From: Nitrosarchaeum sp.
Lineage (GTDB): Archaea > Thermoproteota > Nitrososphaeria > Nitrososphaerales > Nitrosopumilaceae
Assembly (NCBI GenBank): GCA_965223865.1
Contig: OZ245020.1
Location: 1,280,001-1,344,000, forward strand
Direction of reading: 5' to 3'
Length of the DNA stretch: 64,000 nucleotides
Both the position numbers and the translations under genes were made by a program. Of the stretch, positions 1 through 8,758 are shown piece by piece. The notes under the pieces were generated by a model. That model was not told the origin of the DNA, searched no databases, and saw nothing but the letters and a program-made list of their open reading frames with translations. The number at the start of each line of letters is the position of its first letter. The stretch's first letter is position 1.

Positions 1-1
1 A

Positions 2-1138
2 AAAGAGATACTTGAAGACTTTTTTCCAGAATTAGAAAAAGATCTTTTAAAAAAAGGTGCAAAAAAGATTGATTTTCTAAATGATAGTAGATATCGTCTT
101 CCAAGTGGATGGGCTCCTAAATTCGATTCAGGCATTATCACATTTGCCTGTACAAGAACCCTCTTAGAGAATACAATAAGATATCAAATTCAAAAAAACC
201 CAAGTATCAAAATAGTAGAAAACACCCACATTGATTCACTTAAGCTAGAAAAATCAAACAAGATAAGCCTAAAAACAAAAGAGGGTAAAGAAATTCACGG
301 AAATCTAATAGTTGATTGTACTGGAAGAAACACAAAGACACCCTTATGGCTTGAAAATGTGGGATTCCCAAAACCCAAAGAAACCAAAATAGACTCTTTT
401 GTAAGATATTCTACAAGAAGATATGTTCCTTCAAAGAAGGACAGACAATGGAAGATGTTAGTAATACTAAACAAACCCACTACCAATCCTAGAATAGGAG
501 GAATTTATCCTATAGAAGATGGTAAATGGCTTGTTGGATTGTACGCAATTGGAAAGAATTATCCTCCAGTAGATGAGAAAGGGTTTTTGGAGTTTACAAA
601 ACATCTTGAGAGCAGAGAACTTTATGATGCACTAAAAGATGCTATACCTGACTCTGAAATATATGGTTACAAAGTACAAGGTAGCAGAAAATATCATTAT
701 GAAGAAATGACAGAATGGCCTGAAAATTTCATTGTATTAGGAGATGCTGTATCTGTTTTTAATCCATTTTATGGTCAAGGTATAACTTCAGCTGCACTTG
801 GTGCAAAGACCCTTGATGACATGCTAAAAAATAACAAGATGGAAAAAGATTTTACAAGAAAATTTCAAAAACAACTTGCAAAGACGGTATCTTTGCCCTG
901 GATTCTTGGAACAAGTGAGGATTTGCGTTGGCCGACAACTAAAGGCAAAAGACCTGATACAATTACAAGAATGGTTCAAAATCATGCTCAAAAAGTATTA
1001 TTGCTTGCACCTAAAAGCACACTGGCCACTAAGTACTTTCTGCAGATGATGCACATGATAAAATCACCTGCAATAATATTTCATCCTGTATTATTATTAC
1101 AATTAATTGCAAACTCTATTTGGAAAAAAAATGAGTAG
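2..1138 (+). CDS. FAD-dependent oxidoreductase/monooxygenase, 5' end outside the window
   Basis: The frame is open from position 2 (KEILEDFFPELEKDLLKKGA...) into the 359..1138 ORF. It has the flavin monooxygenase motifs LIVDCTGR and IVLGDAVSVFNPFYGQG. Confidence 0.85.
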   Translation, partial: KEILEDFFPELEKDLLKKGAKKIDFLNDSRYRLPSGWAPKFDSGIITFACTRTLLENTIRYQIQKNPSIKIVENTHIDSLKLEKSNKISLKTKEGKEIHGNLIVDCTGRNTKTPLWLENVGFPKPKETKIDSFVRYSTRRYVPSKKDRQWKMLVILNKPTTNPRIGGIYPIEDGKWLVGLYAIGKNYPPVDEKGFLEFTKHLESRELYDALKDAIPDSEIYGYKVQGSRKYHYEEMTEWPENFIVLGDAVSVFNPFYGQGITSAALGAKTLDDMLKNNKMEKDFTRKFQKQLAKTVSLPWILGTSEDLRWPTTKGKRPDTITRMVQNHAQKVLLLAPKSTLATKYFLQMMHMIKSPAIIFHPVLLLQLIANSIWKKNE

Positions 1139-1760
1139 AACCATTATCTTTGATTTTGATGGAACTATTGCTGATACCTTGGATTCAGTTGTCAAAATAG
1201 TCAATAACCATGCAGAACATTTTGGTTACAAAAAAGTTACAAAAAATGATATTCCATATCTACAAGGAAAGAAACCAAAGGAGATTTTGTCATATCTTGG
1301 AATTTCTATATTCAAACTTCCCTTATGGATAACGAAGATACATTCAGAAATAAACAAGGAAATAACAAATATGAAACCAACAGTGAATATTTCTCCTCTA
1401 TTGTCTGAATTATCTGGTAATGAGCAAATTCACCTAGGAATTCTTACTTCAAATACTCAGGAAAATGTTAAACAATTTCTACACAAAAATGAATTGATTT
1501 TTTTTGATTTTATTCGTACTGGAAAAAGTGTTTTTGGCAAGAGTCATATGCTTAACAAGATCATAAAACAAAGAAAAGCAAACAAAGATGATGTTTTCTA
1601 TGTATGTGATGAGGTAAGAGATATCGAGGCTGCCAAAAAATCTGGCATAAAATCGATTGCAGTCACATGGGGTTATAACAACAAAGACGCGTTGATAAAA
1701 GAAAATGCTGATTTTTTAATAGATACGCCAGATGAATTAAGAAATATTTTCATTTCATAG
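1131..1760 (+). CDS. HAD-superfamily phosphatase (phosphoglycolate phosphatase-like)
   Basis: DFDGTIADT motif I, ILTSN motif II and CDEVRDIEAA motif IV. ATG at 1131 overlaps the upstream stop. Confidence 0.85.
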   Translation: MSRTIIFDFDGTIADTLDSVVKIVNNHAEHFGYKKVTKNDIPYLQGKKPKEILSYLGISIFKLPLWITKIHSEINKEITNMKPTVNISPLLSELSGNEQIHLGILTSNTQENVKQFLHKNELIFFDFIRTGKSVFGKSHMLNKIIKQRKANKDDVFYVCDEVRDIEAAKKSGIKSIAVTWGYNNKDALIKENADFLIDTPDELRNIFIS

Positions 1761-1864
1761 AATGTATTTTTTCAAATTCATTTTAGAATAAACAATTAGT
1801 TCTAACTAATTAACGCAACCTAATTTTCAAACACTTTAAATCAAATATTGTTTTAGATATTTTT

Positions 1865-2035
1865 ATGCCAAACCAATCATGTAGGAGATGCGGAAATAAT
1901 CTGGAGGTTAGTAAAAAATGTGATGTCTGTAATGAGCCAAATCAATTCCATTGTCATAGCTGCGGATATGAATCCGAAAAACAGATTCATAACGAATGCT
2001 TGGTAGTTGCTTTTAGCAATAGATTGCTAAATTAG
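1865..2035 (+). CDS. 56-aa multi-CxxC zinc-ribbon microprotein (not in ORF track)
   Basis: My translation: MPNQSCRRCGNNLEVSKKCDVCNEPNQFHCHSCGYESEKQIHNECLVVAFSNRLLN. A TTTAAA box lies about 25 nt upstream. Paralog at 25172..25336. Confidence 0.8.
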   Translation: MPNQSCRRCGNNLEVSKKCDVCNEPNQFHCHSCGYESEKQIHNECLVVAFSNRLLN

Positions 2036-2081
2036 ACCTTTTTTCAAATTACTTAATAACATATTTTTTCATATCTAGATT

Positions 2082-2726
2082 ATGGATTCATCTGATAAAG
2101 CTGAGAAAATTTATCCTGTTGGATATGAACCAAAAGTAGAGATCAAAGAAGATCCTACCATTAGAAACCAATTATTAAATCAAATTCTAACCGTATCTCC
2201 TACAGAATTTGTAGATACTGACTTGTTTACAGTGATGTCAAAGCGTCGCTCTACAAGGAAATTCTCAGACAAAATTGTAGAGACTGAAAAGATTGACAAA
2301 ATTATTGCAGCAGCAGATACGGCACCAACTGCAGGAAACTTTCAGGGATTTGAAATATTTTATGTTAAAAGCCCTGAAAAAAAGAAAGAACTTGTAGATG
2401 CATGCAACAAACAACCATACGTAAATGCCCCAGTGGTATTGGTGTTTTGTAAGAATCCTTCTAGAGTAAAACTAGATTTTCCAGAATATATTCTCAAAAA
2501 ATTTGCAATTCAAGATGCAACTCTGGCAGCTGGGTATTCTCAACTTGCAGCTCAAGCCCTTGGATTAAGCTCAATTTGGATAGGAATGCTTGATGAAAAA
2601 AAAGTTATGAAAATTATTGACACTGATCTGGTTCCATCCTCTGTATTATGTATAGGATATCCTGAACAAAAGAAATTCCCAAAACCTAGAAGAAACCTTA
2701 AAGAATTGGTTCATGTGGTGTGGTGA
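2082..2726 (+). CDS. nitroreductase family protein
   Basis: RRSTRKF, APTAGNFQ and LGLSSIWIG motifs. Confidence 0.9.
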   Translation: MDSSDKAEKIYPVGYEPKVEIKEDPTIRNQLLNQILTVSPTEFVDTDLFTVMSKRRSTRKFSDKIVETEKIDKIIAAADTAPTAGNFQGFEIFYVKSPEKKKELVDACNKQPYVNAPVVLVFCKNPSRVKLDFPEYILKKFAIQDATLAAGYSQLAAQALGLSSIWIGMLDEKKVMKIIDTDLVPSSVLCIGYPEQKKFPKPRRNLKELVHVVW

Positions 2727-2850
2727 GTCTGTTATTCAGTCGTTCCCATCGATCCCACAGCTAAACAACCAAGATTCAATTCAAAACAATGAATTATCTT
2801 GATTGAAACAAAATGTTATTAAAATTTCTCAGATGTGATTCCATTTTGGT

Positions 2851-2934
2851 TTACTTGTCAGTATGCTCATTCGGATCAGGAGTGCCTAGAATCTTGTCAA
2901 TCCACTTAAAGAACGGACATTTTCCATCATACAT
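2851..2934 (-). CDS. possible 27-aa micropeptide
   Basis: ATG..TAA frame reading MYDGKCPFFKWIDKILGTPDPNEHTDK in an intergenic gap, with coding-like composition. Confidence 0.3.
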   Translation of the reverse strand: MYDGKCPFFKWIDKILGTPDPNEHTDK

Positions 2935-3019
2935 GTAACAATTATAGTCATTTCTGACTAAAAAGTAGTTCTGTTTAGAATCAGAGCAAGGATAAATCTA
3001 ATGTATTTGTATCAAAATC

Positions 3020-3184
3020 ATGCATTGTGATGATAAAAGAATGCTTTACGTATTGGAGCAAGAAATCGCATCATGCTGGGAAAAACTCGAAGAATCTGAC
3101 TTTCAAAACGAATCTTTACTTGAAGAACTCAATGATTCAATCATAGACTATAATGATTACAAAAAATCCCTAGCAGAGAATTAA
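3020..3184 (+). CDS. 54-aa acidic helical hypothetical protein (not in ORF track)
   Basis: My translation: MHCDDKRMLYVLEQEIASCWEKLEESDFQNESLLEELNDSIIDYNDYKKSLAEN. It fills the gap before 3221. Confidence 0.65.
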   Translation: MHCDDKRMLYVLEQEIASCWEKLEESDFQNESLLEELNDSIIDYNDYKKSLAEN

Positions 3185-3220
3185 TTTAATCTTTTAATAA
3201 GTTTAGAACATAATAGAACT

Positions 3221-3619
3221 GTGGAAAAATATGAAAAGCTACTGAACATGTTAATGGATTTTAATTCGTCCATTAGGTTTGCAGCAGTATGTGACCCTCA
3301 AGGGGAGATATTGTGGCACAGTAAAAGGTCAGGAGTTAGAAACATGGTTCCAATTACAGATACAAAAAAAACTCTTCAGAGAGCAATCAATGCATGGCAA
3401 GAACGATCCAAGATCACTGACATTGTGGGCAGAGGTCTTTATGTAATCGCAGCTTATGAAAAAATCAAACGAATTACAATTCCATTAGATAGAGGAAATC
3501 TCCTCTTCATTAGTCTAGACAATGAACCCCTGAAACATACAAAAAACAAAAGCTATGGGCATCTAGCTGAAATGGGCATAATAATGTCCATTGTAGATTT
3601 TGTAAAATCTGTACGATGA
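3221..3619 (+). CDS. thaumarchaeal roadblock-like protein (DUF6659-like)
   Basis: SIRFAAVCD...G..LYVIAAYEKIKRITIPL pattern, shared with 10849 and 37374. Confidence 0.7.
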   Translation: MEKYEKLLNMLMDFNSSIRFAAVCDPQGEILWHSKRSGVRNMVPITDTKKTLQRAINAWQERSKITDIVGRGLYVIAAYEKIKRITIPLDRGNLLFISLDNEPLKHTKNKSYGHLAEMGIIMSIVDFVKSVR

Positions 3620-3685
3620 TTCCAAACCTTTTGTTTTTTCTTTATAGCCAATAACATACAAATCATATAGAATTATTGTAAAATT

Positions 3686-4366
3686 ATGGAGTTTTTACAA
3701 ACTGAAGAACCACAAATCCAAAAACCTATTGTTATTGCTGCAATGCAAGACATGGGAAATGTTGGAAGCATTGTGGTGAACTTTATCAATAAGGGTATAA
3801 ATACTAAAAAATTTCGAACTGCAAAAACTCCTTTTCCTACCTATGTTGTAGATAATGGTGGTTATATTGACCTTCCAAACGAAAGTTGGGAGTACAAATA
3901 CACCGATGATCTTATAGTGTTTGGTGGTGGAACAGGACAACCCCAGGAAAATCAGGAATTGAATTCTTTATGTCAAGACGTTATTGATATTTCAAAAAAA
4001 TATTCAGCCAAATTTATCTATACATTGGGAGGTTTTCATACTCACAGATCAATAGAAAAAAACCCAAAAACCTATGTAACTACAACTTCTAAAGAGTTGA
4101 CAAAACACATGCAAGGACTTGGAATTGATTTGACTCCACAAAGGTCCTTGATTACAGGATTTAATGGATTGATTCTAGGCTTTGCAAAACAAAATGGGAT
4201 TCAGGGAATTGGGCTGTATGGAGAATTGAATCATCCTGAAATTCCCCAATACCGAGCTGCAATCAGTATTATCAAAACATTAGAAAAACTCACATTTAGA
4301 AAGCTGGGCGATACTGACAGACTAGAAACAATGGCTCAAGAGATTGAAAGGGAATTTAAGAACTAA
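3686..4366 (+). CDS. proteasome assembly chaperone (PAC2 family)
   Basis: MGNVG, IYTLGGF, ITGFNGLILG and PQYRAA motifs. Confidence 0.85.
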   Translation: MEFLQTEEPQIQKPIVIAAMQDMGNVGSIVVNFINKGINTKKFRTAKTPFPTYVVDNGGYIDLPNESWEYKYTDDLIVFGGGTGQPQENQELNSLCQDVIDISKKYSAKFIYTLGGFHTHRSIEKNPKTYVTTTSKELTKHMQGLGIDLTPQRSLITGFNGLILGFAKQNGIQGIGLYGELNHPEIPQYRAAISIIKTLEKLTFRKLGDTDRLETMAQEIEREFKN

Positions 4367-4471
4367 TTGAGATTTGCAACAAAGGTAGGAATTACAGTTG
4401 CAGGAATTATTATTCTAGTGTTTGTAGTTTTTTTGGGTTTTGGAATGATTCAATTTTTAAAAACAACCTAA
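4367..4471 (+). CDS. 34-aa single-TM microprotein (not in ORF track)
   Basis: TTG start immediately after the PAC2 stop. Translation MRFATKVGITVAGIIILVFVVFLGFGMIQFLKTT has a basic N-terminus and one hydrophobic helix. Confidence 0.5.
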   Translation: MRFATKVGITVAGIIILVFVVFLGFGMIQFLKTT

Positions 4472-4592
4472 ATATCTACAAAACCCTTCATTCATAAATT
4501 ATTTCAAAAAAATTAGTGTGAGAACTGATCCAAAATAAATTAATGAAAAATCAGTTACTCTATAGTTTCCACTAGGGAAAAACTCGAGTAAT

Positions 4593-4874
4593 TCAGAGAA
4601 TTTGTTTTTGAATTACTTCATCAAAAGCATCTAGATATGCAATCTGTGATATAATAAATTCAGATTGCATTGTTTTTGCAGTATCAAACTCAGGTTCTGA
4701 CACATTTGGAACTTTGAGAATTTCTGCTTCAACGCCTTCTAGAAGTTCTCCGAACTCGAAAACTAGCCTGTCTGGTTCATGGTCGCCAAAAACTTCATTG
4801 GCACCCACAGCCATTATTACCAATAAGGCCATAATGGCTGTCAATCCGACAGTTTTCTTGTGATTTCTAGTCAC
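4593..4874 (-). CDS. secreted or membrane-anchored hypothetical protein
   Basis: Basic N-terminus plus hydrophobic stretch (signal peptide), followed by an acidic mature region. Confidence 0.65.
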   Translation of the reverse strand: MTRNHKKTVGLTAIMALLVIMAVGANEVFGDHEPDRLVFEFGELLEGVEAEILKVPNVSEPEFDTAKTMQSEFIISQIAYLDAFDEVIQKQIL

Positions 4875-5043
4875 AAATAAAATTTCAATATATCCTATTT
4901 AAGAGAAAAGTAGAAAATATACTTGAATTTTTAAACCAATTGTAACTTGATTCAAGAAAATTAGTATTGGAACGCTTGTATGTATAGACTGATGAAAAAT
5001 CCTGATATTGAGTAATCTCAATAATTTTTATTATTTTTTCAAG

Positions 5044-5619
5044 TCAATATGGAGTACCTTTCTGTCTTTGAGTTTTGAATGCTTCAAGATACCATTCAAA
5101 TTCATCTAAAAAACGTTCAGCTCGTTTTTCATATTCTAACGCTAACAAGTTTCCATTTTGATCAAATACGTCCTGAACTTTTGAGATTTGAAGTGAAGAT
5201 GGAATTGATGGAGAACCAAGTTCTGCAAAAATTTGACGTAGATGCTGAGCAGCATTAATCCCACCAAACGGGCCAACAGAATATGATACAATGGCAGAAG
5301 GCTTGAAGAAATACTCCTCTAGACAATAATCCAAGGTGTTTTTCAAGGCCCCTGAAACCGTATGATTGTATTCTGGCGTTATTGGTATGTACCCGTCAGC
5401 TGAGACTGTCATTTCTTGCAATTTCTGAAATTTTGGTTCAGGATTTTCCATTTCCTTGTACATTCTATCTAAAATCGGCAAATCCAAATCTACCGGATCA
5501 ATTAGCATGGTTTTATGGCCTCGATCCTCAATTTTTTTTGTAATCCATTGACCAACTTTACCTCCATTTCGATCTCGCCTGACAGATCCTAAAACAATTG
5601 CAATATTCAATGAAATCAA
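5044..5619 (-). CDS. NADPH-dependent FMN reductase (flavodoxin-like)
   Basis: GSVRRDRNG, TPEYN..SGALKN and SYSVGPFGG motifs. Confidence 0.9.
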   Translation of the reverse strand: MISLNIAIVLGSVRRDRNGGKVGQWITKKIEDRGHKTMLIDPVDLDLPILDRMYKEMENPEPKFQKLQEMTVSADGYIPITPEYNHTVSGALKNTLDYCLEEYFFKPSAIVSYSVGPFGGINAAQHLRQIFAELGSPSIPSSLQISKVQDVFDQNGNLLALEYEKRAERFLDEFEWYLEAFKTQRQKGTPY

Positions 5620-5758
5620 ACTATCTTCAAAAATTCACATCATAAGCTTTTTCCCTAATTTAGATTAGAATTTTTTTTCTAGCTGTTTTCTGTTCTAAAA
5701 TGAGAGCAAAATTATGATGAATTTTGAAGTACTGTTTTGATTTTCTAATCTGATAAAA

Positions 5759-6094
5759 TCAATCAATGTATTTTTTGTCTCTATCAAGTTTTGATTCAAC
5801 TTTTCTAATTACCACGTAAAGTGTAGGAAGATTTGATGTTAGCATCTCTGATGGAAAAAACATATCTCCATATCCTTCTCCTTGTCTTACAATCAAATTG
5901 TTTTTCTCTAAAACATTGATACTGTGCTTTATTGTCTTGTAGTCTAAATTCAATTTTTTTGAGATCTCTAGTGTGTTCATCGGATCTTCAGTAATGGCAC
6001 AAATTATTCGTAGTCTGGTATATCTTCCACCCATTCCGGTAAAAACCGAAGAAAACAGTTCTTTCATTTGTTTATCTACTTTGATGTTCTCCAA
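5759..6094 (-). CDS. ArsR-like winged-helix transcriptional regulator
   Basis: FTGMGGRYTRLRII...LNLDYKTIKHSINVLEKNNLI HTH. The true start is probably TTG 6094 or ATG 6067 rather than 6214. Confidence 0.8.
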   Translation of the reverse strand: MENIKVDKQMKELFSSVFTGMGGRYTRLRIICAITEDPMNTLEISKKLNLDYKTIKHSINVLEKNNLIVRQGEGYGDMFFPSEMLTSNLPTLYVVIRKVESKLDRDKKYID

Positions 6095-6445
6095 GTTTGG
6101 AACATCTTTGAAAATTTTATTTTTACATAAAGAATCAAAGGGCATTAACAATGAACCTTCTCTTTGAAATATAAAATTAATTTTTTTAACTATTTCTTTC
6201 CTTATCAAAACCACATGATAATTTTGTAATGTCTCTTAGGAAAAAAGTCAATAAACAAATCAATACCAACTCGAATCTTCTCATATGTTAGAAGAATGGA
6301 TAGATAGCATTGCTTCCAGATAAATCATGCAATAACTCTACTAAATTCATATCCTAAAAGTAAAACAACATGGACTGATTATATTGTAATCTGCCCATTT
6401 ATTGATCTCTTCCAATAGGATTTCTTTTTCATTTTTATTATCTAC

Positions 6446-6883
6446 ATGGCTAATGACAGAATCATGATTTTAAATTTCTTGAAAAATCCAGGTAAAATAT
6501 TTGTCCTATTACTGGAATACTCAATTTTGTTTCTGGCAGTCTTTTATTTTGTGGTGTTACTTTTCTCTGAATATGATACACTTGGATGGGGTTCTCCGAT
6601 AATTGAGATTCCGCAACAGCTAAAACAGACTAATGAAATAGTGCTGTATGTGATGCTTTCCCTGCTTGCATTTGAACTCCTGTTAAAATATATGAAGGTG
6701 AGAGATTGGAAGATATTCCTAAAAAAATACTGGCTGGATGTTACTATGGTGATTCTGATCCCAGTGTTTTCGGGAATCAAAGTCCTTAAGGCGCTCAAGC
6801 TTGCAAAGAAGGTAAAAATTGCAAAGTATGGTTTCAAGGCAGCTGAAAAGACCCAAAAGAAGATTAGAAAAAAGAAAAAATGA
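6446..6883 (+). CDS. stand-alone S1-S4 voltage-sensor-like membrane protein with no pore domain
   Basis: S1 LEYSILFLAVFYFVVLLFSEY, S2 ...LLAFELLLKY, S3 FLKKYWLDVTMVILIP, and S4 KVLKALKLAKKVKIAK with Lys every third residue. Confidence 0.7.
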   Translation: MANDRIMILNFLKNPGKIFVLLLEYSILFLAVFYFVVLLFSEYDTLGWGSPIIEIPQQLKQTNEIVLYVMLSLLAFELLLKYMKVRDWKIFLKKYWLDVTMVILIPVFSGIKVLKALKLAKKVKIAKYGFKAAEKTQKKIRKKKK

Positions 6884-6927
6884 TAGCGGAATTAAATTAA
6901 TACTGTACATACTAAACATCTCTCTAG

Positions 6928-8700
6928 ATGGTTTCTGCAGGAGTTACTGAATTCCTAAGCTTATTGGCGATTCTCTTTGGCGGAGGGATGATAAGTGCGT
7001 GGATTATGCACAAAATACATTTTCCAACAATTATTGGGTTTATTCTAATTGGCATAATTGCAGGCCCGTTTGGATTGGGTATAATAAAAGATGCCGAATT
7101 GATCAATTTGCTTGCAGAATTTGGAATAATTATTCTGCTTTTTGTAGTGGGATTGGAATTTAGCCTAAAGAAATTACAGAAAGTCGGCCTTACTGGGATT
7201 TTAGTTGGTACAATTCAGTTGGCAATAGTGTTTTCACTGGGTTATGTGGTAGCCATGGCATTTGATTGGACTCACCTTGAAGCTCTTTTCTTGGGAAGTA
7301 TCTTGTCAATTACGAGTACTGCCATATCGTTACGTTTTCTCAGAGATCTTAACCTAGTAAAAACAAACGAATGGAATACGGTGGTAATAATTCTCATCGT
7401 AGAGGATCTTGCAGCAGTTCTGTTGTTAACCATTCTTGGTGATGCAACTAAAGGGGATGGTTTTGCCCTAACTGATTTTGGAATAATCATACTTCAGAGC
7501 ATCGTATTTTTTGTGATTACTTTTGGAGTGGGAATAAAGGTCATCCCCAAACTTTTAGAGCATGTCAGCAAAATCAAAATGGAAGAGGCCCTGTTCATTT
7601 CTTCTCTTGCATTGGCATTCGGCCTGTCAGTTCTTGCTCATTTTTTGGGTCTCAGTAGCGCAGTCGGAGCATTCTTGATGGGAATGATCATCGCATCCAC
7701 AAAGTTTTCTGAATCTATAACTGCTAAGGTTCTTCCCTTAAGAGATTTTTTCCTGATAATGTTTTTTGTATCCATCGGCATGCTTGTAAACATTGCACTG
7801 ATACCAGAGGCAATTTGGATCACAATTCCGATAGTAATTGTGGCCATTTTTGGAAAATTTATCGGAAACATGTTTGCCGCGTCGTTTGCGGGAAATACGC
7901 TCGTGAGTGCATCTACAATTGGAGTGGTGATGATACCTATTGGAGAATTCTCATTCATCATAGCAAAACTTGGAGCAGACAGTGGATCTATACGAGATTC
8001 AATTTTTCCAGTAACTGTATTGGTGGCCATCATTACGATGCTGATAATGCCACTTCTTTTAAGAGCAATACCCACAAAGGCTGATTCCAACTCAATCATA
8101 CCAACTAGACTGCTTAACACCATATTTTATGCCGGAATGCTGCTAAGGGGAAAACCTGCTGATCAGAAGCCAGATTCGGAACAAAAAATGAATGTCAAAA
8201 AATATGCCCCCGTAATACTGGTACACATTGTCGTAATAGTCACCATACTGGCTATGATGGATTATTTTTCACCATCAATCATTGCATTGATGAATGAATG
8301 GGAAATACCTTTCTTGATAGATCCAGAGATATTCCTCGTAATTTTGACGATAATCATCTTAATTTATCCAGTATTTTCATTCTTTGGCAGAACAGAGAAG
8401 ATAATTTCGGACATTTGTAACAAGATTACGATCAACTTTAATTCAAAAGAGAAGAAACAAGTTGACCGTCCGTTGTACAAAGTGATTAGGAACTCACTTT
8501 TTATGGGTTTGATGTTGTTGTTGGTGTCCATCTTCATCAGCTTTGTTGAATTTGAAGACAGTACAGTCATAATCATTATCTCTATTATAGCGTTGGTCAT
8601 AGCCATGCCCCTCATCTTAGACACTATTTTTGCAATCAAAAGACTGACTCAAACCCATTTGTTTGACAGTTGGATGCCAACTGGAGAGGACAAAGATTGA
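6928..8700 (+). CDS. CPA2 (Kef-type) cation:proton antiporter with extra C-terminal TM segments and no TrkA/KTN domain
   Basis: LAEFGIIILLFVVGLEFS, LSITSTAI, ILIVEDL, GAFLMG, PLRDFF..FFVSIGM and PIGEFSFII motifs. Confidence 0.92.
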   Translation: MVSAGVTEFLSLLAILFGGGMISAWIMHKIHFPTIIGFILIGIIAGPFGLGIIKDAELINLLAEFGIIILLFVVGLEFSLKKLQKVGLTGILVGTIQLAIVFSLGYVVAMAFDWTHLEALFLGSILSITSTAISLRFLRDLNLVKTNEWNTVVIILIVEDLAAVLLLTILGDATKGDGFALTDFGIIILQSIVFFVITFGVGIKVIPKLLEHVSKIKMEEALFISSLALAFGLSVLAHFLGLSSAVGAFLMGMIIASTKFSESITAKVLPLRDFFLIMFFVSIGMLVNIALIPEAIWITIPIVIVAIFGKFIGNMFAASFAGNTLVSASTIGVVMIPIGEFSFIIAKLGADSGSIRDSIFPVTVLVAIITMLIMPLLLRAIPTKADSNSIIPTRLLNTIFYAGMLLRGKPADQKPDSEQKMNVKKYAPVILVHIVVIVTILAMMDYFSPSIIALMNEWEIPFLIDPEIFLVILTIIILIYPVFSFFGRTEKIISDICNKITINFNSKEKKQVDRPLYKVIRNSLFMGLMLLLVSIFISFVEFEDSTVIIIISIIALVIAMPLILDTIFAIKRLTQTHLFDSWMPTGEDKD

Positions 8701-8758
8701 ATGAAACTACCAAAATAATTAACGATAACAAAGCAGAACTACAAGTCTTCATTTTACC

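Noticed and set aside
6185-6415. Short minus-strand ORF pieces upstream of the ArsR gene
   Set aside because: Several stops and no recognisable motif. It may be a decayed gene, but I cannot support that.
7638-8123. 161-aa minus-strand ORF
   Set aside because: It is antisense to the CPA2 antiporter.
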